A stretch of 32,000 nt of DNA from Delftia acidovorans NBRC 14950 (lineage in GTDB: Bacteria > Pseudomonadota > Gammaproteobacteria > Burkholderiales > Burkholderiaceae_C), in the NCBI RefSeq assembly GCF_001598795.1, contig NZ_BCZP01000008.1, forward strand, positions 240,001-272,000, in the 5' to 3' direction. A program made the position numbers and the translations under genes. Shown one piece after another: positions 26,639 through 32,000 of this stretch. Below the pieces are notes generated by a model that was given only the letters and a program-made list of their open reading frames with translations, did no database searches and was not told where the DNA came from. Positions within the stretch are counted from its first letter, which is position 1. Each line of letters starts with the position of its first letter.

Positions 26639-29622
26639 GCCCGGCCGGCAACACTCCCGCCCTGCCTTCCGACCTGCTGCACGGCCTGGCGCTGCGCCCG
26701 CCCGTCGCGGCCTGGGACGGTCTGCGCTACCGGGGCAGCGTGCCCCTGCATGCACGGCTGCAGGAAGCCCAGGCCATGGCCGGCGTGGTGGCCGCGGTGC
26801 AGCGCGGGCATTTTCTGGGCGTGGTGGCCGTGGCGCCTGTCCATGCCCGGCAGGCCGCTGCCAGCCTGGCCCCTGCCTGGGACGACCGGCAGGAAGCCAG
26901 GGCCGCCAGCGCGCCCCGTGCTGCCGACAGAGCCGACAAGGCTGACAAGGCTGACAAGGCCGACCTGCCCGATGCCGGCCGCTATGTCTGGCGCATGGCT
27001 GCGCCCGCGTCTTGCGAGGGTGCCGCACGCGCAGCCGTGTGGTGCCTGGACGGCCATGCCAGCGTCTGGCTGCCGCCCTGCGACGCCGATGTGCGGCAGA
27101 TGATCGGCCGCGAACTGGCCGCATTGCTGCAATGCCCCGAGTCCGCGCTGCGGCTGTTCAGCCTGCCGGCCACGGCGGCCGGCACCCCGCATGTGCTGGA
27201 TCTCATGGACGCAGCGGCCGATGCGGCCCTGCTGTCCCAGGCCGTGGGCAGGCCTGTCAGCGTGGCCTGCGAGGCCTGGACTGCTGCGGGCAGCGCAGAC
27301 AGCCGGGAGCTGGTGCTGCGCGTGGGTGCGCAGCCTTCGCAAGGGCTTGAAGCCGACACGGTGGTGCAGCCTCAGCCGGGCAATGCATCGCCGCAGCCAG
27401 ACCTGCTGTTGTCCGACACGCCCTGGGCCGTGCGCCCCAGCATGGCGCGCCTGTTGAGCCAGCCCGAGCTAGCGCGCGCCGCGGCCCTGGCCACCGTGCT
27501 CGATGCCGGCGAATTGCATGAACGCAGGCTGGCCGCCAGCCTGCGGCATGCCGGCGTCGATGATCTGAATGCCGCCCAGGTCTTTGCCCGCGAAAGCCAC
27601 TGGCATGAGCAGGCGCTGGACCAGGGCCGTGATCCGCTGCAATGGCGGCTGCAGCACCTGCCCGAAGGCCCGGTGCGCGATCTGGCGCAGGAGGTGGCCG
27701 AGCGTGCGCAGGCATCGCAGCAGGCACCGTCCCACCAGGGCGCCGATGGCCGCCTGCTGGGCCGGGGCTTTGCCACCGCCCAGCTGCAGACCCTGGATGC
27801 GCAGGGCGCCGACCTCCATGCCTGGAGCGCCTGGGTGGCCGAGGTGGCCGTGCACCCGCAAACGGGCGAGATCGAAGTGACACGCGTCGTGGCCGGCCAT
27901 GACAGCCGCAGCCTGCAAGCGGCGCAGGCCGCCAGCACGCGGCCCGAGATCGTCCAGCAGGACCCGCAATTGCTGGCCGACGCGCGCCGGCTGCTGGGCG
28001 CGGCCCCCGCTTTTGACGACTGGGCAGGGTCCACAGCTTCCGCTGCTTCTTTCGATGTGATCGCCAAGCCCGGCTCCGACCTGGCGCAGCATGCGCCCGG
28101 CGATGTCGCGGTCATCCGCCAGGGCGATCTGGCGCTGGATGGCGTGGCCACGCTGCCCGCCGCCGCCGCCATTGCCAACGCCATTCACCATGCGACAGGC
28201 GTGCGCCTGCGCGAAGTGCCCTTCCAGCCAGAGCAACTGCGCCTGGCCCTGGCGGGCGAGGGCGCCGGCAAGCCCGGTGCGGCGCGGCCCGGCCGTGGCT
28301 GGGGCTGGCTGGCCGCAGGCGCCGCAGGCCTTGCCGGCATGGCCGCCATGGCCTGGCCGCTGAAGCCGGCCCTGCCGCTGACCGACGGGCCCGACGTTTC
28401 CCTGTACTCGCCGCAGGCCCTGGAGCGCGGCCGCCTGGTGGCGGCTGCGGGCGACTGCGTGGTCTGCCACACGGCCCCGGGCGGCGCGGCCAATGCCGGC
28501 GGCTTCGGGCTGGAGACGCCGTTTGGCACCATCTACTCCACCAACATCACGCCCGACAACGAAACCGGCATCGGCCGCTGGTCCTACGCGGCCTTCGAGC
28601 GCGCCATGCGCCACGGCATCCACCAGGATGGGCGCCAGCTGTATCCGGCCTTCCCGTACACGGCCTTCGCCAAGCTCAGCGATGGCGACCTGCAGGCCCT
28701 CTACGGCTACCTGATGTCCCAGCCCTCCGTGAAGGCCAAGGCGCCCGAGACGCAGCTGGCCTTCCCCTACAACCTGCGCCCGGCCATGGCGGGCTGGAAC
28801 CTGCTGTTCCACGACGCCACGCCGTTCAAGGCCGACCCTGCGCGCAGCGCCGAATGGAACCGGGGCGCCTACCTGGTCGAAGGCGCGGGCCACTGCGCGG
28901 CCTGCCACTCGCCGCGCAATGCGCTGGGTGCGGAAAAGACCGGCATCCACTACCTGGGCGGCGGCGAGGCCGAAGGCTGGACGGCGCCCGCGCTCAATCA
29001 ACTGGCGGGCGGCAAGCTGCCCTGGAGCCGCGAAGAGCTGTACCAGTACCTGCGCACCGGCTTCTCGGCTCGCCACGGCGTGGCGGCAGGCCCCATGGCG
29101 CCCGTCATCCACGGCCTGGCCCAGTTGCCCGAAGCCGATGTGCGCGCCATGGCCACCTATCTGATGGAACTGCCGGGCCAGGCCCCACAGGCTGTCCCGG
29201 CCATGCCGGCACCAGCACCGGCGCCTGCCGCGGTGCAGGCGCCGGCGCCTGCGGCTCCACCTGCCAGGGCGCTGGTCCGCCACGCCAATGGCGAGCGCAT
29301 CTACCAGAACGCCTGCGCCGTCTGCCATGAGGCGGGCAGCGGTCCCACATTGTTCGGCGTCAAGCCGCAGCTGGCCCTGAACACCAACCTGCACGCGGCC
29401 AGCCCCGACAACCTGGTCCAGGTGATCCTGAACGGCATACAGGCGCCGGCCGACGATGCGCTGGGCTACATGCCCGGCTTCGGGGACAGCCTGGACGACA
29501 GGCAGATCGCGGACCTGCTCGGATATTTGCGCGAACGATTTGCACCGGAGGAAAAAGCTTGGCCAGACGACACGAAGACGATTAACCGGCTGCGCATGCA
29601 GGCACAGGCGCATGCGCACTGA
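26635..29622 (+). CDS. nicB: NicB-like fusion: truncated, degenerate molybdopterin-subunit-like domain, a TM segment and a tri-haem cytochrome c domain
   Basis: 995 aa from ATG 26635. The N-terminal part (about 550 aa) is collinear with parts of the 780-aa Mo subunit (for example RGFATAQL...AWVAEVAVHPQTGEIEVTRVV and LPAAAAIANAIHHATG). A hydrophobic segment follows (WGWLAAGAAGLAGMAAMAW). There are three CxxCH motifs: CVVCH 28456-28470, CAACH 28894-28908 and CAVCH 29314-29328. Confidence 0.85.
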   Translation: MSPAGNTPALPSDLLHGLALRPPVAAWDGLRYRGSVPLHARLQEAQAMAGVVAAVQRGHFLGVVAVAPVHARQAAASLAPAWDDRQEARAASAPRAADRADKADKADKADLPDAGRYVWRMAAPASCEGAARAAVWCLDGHASVWLPPCDADVRQMIGRELAALLQCPESALRLFSLPATAAGTPHVLDLMDAAADAALLSQAVGRPVSVACEAWTAAGSADSRELVLRVGAQPSQGLEADTVVQPQPGNASPQPDLLLSDTPWAVRPSMARLLSQPELARAAALATVLDAGELHERRLAASLRHAGVDDLNAAQVFARESHWHEQALDQGRDPLQWRLQHLPEGPVRDLAQEVAERAQASQQAPSHQGADGRLLGRGFATAQLQTLDAQGADLHAWSAWVAEVAVHPQTGEIEVTRVVAGHDSRSLQAAQAASTRPEIVQQDPQLLADARRLLGAAPAFDDWAGSTASAASFDVIAKPGSDLAQHAPGDVAVIRQGDLALDGVATLPAAAAIANAIHHATGVRLREVPFQPEQLRLALAGEGAGKPGAARPGRGWGWLAAGAAGLAGMAAMAWPLKPALPLTDGPDVSLYSPQALERGRLVAAAGDCVVCHTAPGGAANAGGFGLETPFGTIYSTNITPDNETGIGRWSYAAFERAMRHGIHQDGRQLYPAFPYTAFAKLSDGDLQALYGYLMSQPSVKAKAPETQLAFPYNLRPAMAGWNLLFHDATPFKADPARSAEWNRGAYLVEGAGHCAACHSPRNALGAEKTGIHYLGGGEAEGWTAPALNQLAGGKLPWSREELYQYLRTGFSARHGVAAGPMAPVIHGLAQLPEADVRAMATYLMELPGQAPQAVPAMPAPAPAPAAVQAPAPAAPPARALVRHANGERIYQNACAVCHEAGSGPTLFGVKPQLALNTNLHAASPDNLVQVILNGIQAPADDALGYMPGFGDSLDDRQIADLLGYLRERFAPEEKAWPDDTKTINRLRMQAQAHAH
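26923..26967 (+). repeat. In-frame 9-bp tandem repeat (5 units) inside the nicB-like gene
   Basis: The units are gccgacaga gccgacaag gctgacaag gctgacaag gccgacctg, encoding ADR-ADK-ADK-ADK-ADL. Confidence 0.85.
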
Positions 29623-29975
29623 GGGCGGCAATGGGCAGCAATGGGCGGCGGCAGGGGCGATGCCGCGGATATGGACACCTTGCCCTGGAATCTCTCCAGG
29701 GCCTGGGTCCTGACATCTGATGCTGGGGACGGGTGATGGGCAACAACGGACGGCGCTGTCGATGTGCAGCCTGTCCGCAATGCGCCCATCGCCCGGATGC
29801 AGAGACCGACATCCGGAAATTTTCCATCGGGCCATGGAGATGGCGCCGAGGGAGCGGTTCGCTCCGGATGTGTGAAGGGTGGAAGGCACGGCAGGAGGCG
29901 GCAACACAAGCTGAACGGCCTTGCCTGGGAAAAGACAGATTCAACAATTGCGATGGCTAGAAAAGGAGTCCCTGC

Positions 29976-31292
29976 ATGTCATCTACATACATTTCGGTGG
30001 AAAAAGGCATCCAGACAGCGGGTGTCGGCAAGTTCCAATATCGGCTGTTCGTCATCTTCGGGCTGGTCTGGCTGGCCGATGCCATGCAGGTGCTGTCCAT
30101 CGGCTTCAGCGCGCCGTCCATTGCCAAGACCTTCGGCAAGACCGTGCCCGAGGCGCTGCAGACCGGCACCTTCTTCTTCATCGGCATGCTGATCGGCGCC
30201 TTCGTCTTCGGCCGCCTGGCCGACCGCATCGGGCGCCGCCCGGTGCTGATGATGGCCGTGGTGATCGACGCCTTCGCGGGCGTGGCCTCGGCCTTTGCGC
30301 CCGAGTTCGCCTGGCTGCTGGTGCTGCGCTTCATCACCGGCATCGGCGTGGGCGGCACGCTGCCCGTGGACTACACCATGATGGCCGAGTTCCTGCCCAG
30401 CGACCGCCGCGGCCGCTGGCTGGTGCTGCTGGAATCGTTCTGGGCCGTGGGCACCATCTTCCTGGCCATCCTGGCGCTGGTGGCCGTGTCCTGGGGCGAC
30501 GATGCCTGGCGCGTGATCTTCTTCGTGACCGGACTGCCGGCGCTGATCGGCGTGGTGCTGCGCTTCTACATCCCCGAGTCGCCCATGTTCCTCAACCGCA
30601 ACGGCAAGTCCGAGGAGGCGCGCAAGGTGCTGCAGCGGGTGGCCAAGGTCAACGGCACCACCGCGGACATCCCCGCCCTGCAGCCTGAAAAGCAGGAGCG
30701 CAAATCCATCCTCGCGCTGTTCAACGGCGACCTGCGCCGCCGCAGCCTCTCGCTGTTCCTGGCCTGGGCGCTGATCTCCATCGCCTACTACGGTGTCTTC
30801 GTCTACCTGCCTGTCAAGCTCAGCAGCGAGGGCTTCGCCTTCATGCGCGGCCAGGTCTTCCTGGTGGTGCTGGCCCTGGTGCAACTGCCCGGCTTTGCGC
30901 TGTCGGCCTATGGCGTGGAGCGCTGGGGCCGCAAGCCCACGCTGATCGGCTTTTTGCTGCTCAGCGCCGTCGGCTGCATGTTCTACAGCCTGGGCTCGTC
31001 GCCCTTCGTGGTCATCGGCTCCACCCTGCTGATGAGCTTCTCGCTGCTGGGCACCTGGGGCGCGCTGTATGCGTTCACCCCCGAGGTCTACCCCACCGAC
31101 CTGCGTGCCAGCGGCATGGGCATGGCCGGCGCCGTGGCGCGCTTCGGCGGCCTGTTCGCCCCGGCCATCATTGCGCCCATCATGGCCACCCACTTCACCC
31201 TGGCGCTGGCCGTGCTGTCCGCCATGCTGGTGGGCGGTGCCCTGTCGATCTGGGCCGTGGATGTGGAATCGCGCAACCGGGCGCTGGATTGA
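29976..31292 (+). CDS. MFS transporter, SV2/NaiP-like (putative niacin/aromatic acid permease)
   Basis: 438 aa and about 12 TM helices, with AAGGAG 7 nt upstream of the ATG. MFS signature blocks are GRLADRIGRRPV and YIPESPMFL. Its overall style resembles the NaiP/YceI-type niacin permease family (memory, unchecked), and it sits beside the nic genes. Confidence 0.88.
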   Translation: MSSTYISVEKGIQTAGVGKFQYRLFVIFGLVWLADAMQVLSIGFSAPSIAKTFGKTVPEALQTGTFFFIGMLIGAFVFGRLADRIGRRPVLMMAVVIDAFAGVASAFAPEFAWLLVLRFITGIGVGGTLPVDYTMMAEFLPSDRRGRWLVLLESFWAVGTIFLAILALVAVSWGDDAWRVIFFVTGLPALIGVVLRFYIPESPMFLNRNGKSEEARKVLQRVAKVNGTTADIPALQPEKQERKSILALFNGDLRRRSLSLFLAWALISIAYYGVFVYLPVKLSSEGFAFMRGQVFLVVLALVQLPGFALSAYGVERWGRKPTLIGFLLLSAVGCMFYSLGSSPFVVIGSTLLMSFSLLGTWGALYAFTPEVYPTDLRASGMGMAGAVARFGGLFAPAIIAPIMATHFTLALAVLSAMLVGGALSIWAVDVESRNRALD

Positions 31293-31314
31293 CGCCGAGG
31301 AAGAACTTCGACTT

Positions 31315-31344
31315 AAAAAGGCCTGCGCAAGCAGGCCTTTTTTC
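31315..31344. terminator. Bidirectional rho-independent terminator after the MFS gene
   Basis: AAAAAGGCCTGC-gcaa-GCAGGCCTTTTTT. A perfect stem with a GNRA-like tetraloop is flanked by an A-run and a T-run. Confidence 0.85.
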
Positions 31345-31522
31345 ATGGGGTCCCCAAATGAGGATCAGGCCTTTTTCGAAGGCAGGGCGTGCGGATTGTC
31401 CGATTTGCTGGAGAACATCCATGGACTGAAGCTCCTGTGAGCTCAACCGGTCCATGCGACACAATGACTGCTCCTGGCGCAAGCAATTCGCTGCGCCATA
31501 TATCCAGCGGAGCCTTGTTCTC

Positions 31523-31957
31523 ATGTCATTGAATGGCAGCTATCGCAGGCATGGCCTGGTCGCCACGGCAATCCTGGTTGTGCTCTGCCTTTCAGTGCTG
31601 GTCGCTCCTCGAAAGGCGATGGCCAACCAGGAAGAACCAGTGGTTTTGCTCGGCTCGATCCATCGTTCGGTCGGAGAAGGGCAAACCATGGGCTGCGAGA
31701 AAATTACGCTGCGGCCCAAGGATGTCATCCGTTATTTCTCCACGGCAACCGAGGTTTCCTTCTCCACCTTCCACTATGAATCGATCATTCTGCCTTGCGC
31801 CTTCAGTGGGAAGCTGCGGCGCAATGGCGTGGTCTATGGGTGGAGCATCAATGCAGCAGGCGCCGGGTATCTCTATCCGGAAGATGGGCGTGAGAATCTG
31901 TTTTTTCTTTGCTATAGGTCGTGCGCAAAGGCACTGCCTGGGTTGATGGGGCTTTGA
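31523..31957 (+). CDS. Hypothetical secreted protein with 4 Cys in the mature part
   Basis: 144 aa from the internal ATG 31523. It has a signal peptide (RRHGLVATAILVVLCLSVLVAPRKAMA-NQ). The region is A/T-richer with many A/T-ending codons, unlike the rest of the window. I recognise no family. Confidence 0.45.
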   Translation: MSLNGSYRRHGLVATAILVVLCLSVLVAPRKAMANQEEPVVLLGSIHRSVGEGQTMGCEKITLRPKDVIRYFSTATEVSFSTFHYESIILPCAFSGKLRRNGVVYGWSINAAGAGYLYPEDGRENLFFLCYRSCAKALPGLMGL

Positions 31958-32000
31958 CGGCGAGGGCCCAAGCCCTTTGAGATCGCCTGGCAGCCATCCT

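Noticed and set aside
29838-29860. GGCACG-containing sequences in the MFS leader (GGCACGGCAGGAGGC, near 29885-29899) and in the nicF / Mo-subunit spacer (GGCACGCCTGAAAGC on the minus strand, 20935-20950) looked like further sigma54 promoters.
   Set aside because: In both cases the GC dinucleotide is one position out of register (GG-N11-GC) and the -12 region does not resemble TTGCW.
29733-29960. A 75-aa Cys-rich ORF (MMGNNGRRCRCAACPQC...) lies in the nicB-MFS spacer and could be read as a small zinc-ribbon protein.
   Set aside because: It has many A/T-ending codons, unlike genuine genes here, and no ribosome-binding site. The region is better explained as structured RNA or non-coding DNA.

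Overview
High-GC betaproteobacterial chromosome segment. The Bug-family binding protein and overall gene content suggest Comamonadaceae or Burkholderiales, but that is inference. The six-frame track is full of long shadow ORFs, so I called genes only where the protein is recognisable or has clear signals. About 30 real CDSs are supported.

Layout:
- 1-16.8 kb is core housekeeping: a PabC-like protein, an orphan Bug/TctC binding protein, then a tightly packed minus-strand string (DUF3460, scpA, queE, queD, panD, bioA, bioD, bioF, CHMI-like tautomerase, DTW tRNA-modification enzyme). After that come a BamE-like lipoprotein, a YitT-family membrane protein, a small lipoprotein, metG, a patatin-like lipase, a membrane-anchored Mrr-like protein, apbC/mrp and a LysR regulator.
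- 16.9-18.6 kb is a hipBA toxin-antitoxin pair, visibly less GC-rich than its surroundings.
- 18.6-31.3 kb is a complete aerobic nicotinate (maleamate pathway) cluster in two divergent operons, plus a NaiP-like MFS transporter.
- After a clean bidirectional terminator at about 31.33 kb, the window ends in an A/T-richer region encoding an unrecognised secreted Cys-containing protein.

I found no rRNA, tRNA, CRISPR array, IS element or integrase.

Observations most worth follow-up:
1. The nicE-nicC intergenic region carries two divergent sigma54-type promoters. They flank a palindrome built from NtrC-type half-sites, and no MarR NicR/BpsR-type regulator is present.
2. The nicotinate hydroxylase appears to have three components. 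The cytochrome c subunit carries a truncated molybdopterin-like domain that lacks the catalytic Glu, and a separate intact Mo subunit sits at the far end of the opposite operon.
3. The patatin and membrane-Mrr pair sits inside the otherwise conserved divergent metG-mrp/apbC junction.
4. A 353-nt hairpin-rich leader with mutually exclusive helices lies upstream of the putative niacin transporter.

All functional calls rest on motif recognition by eye, and none has been checked against a database.
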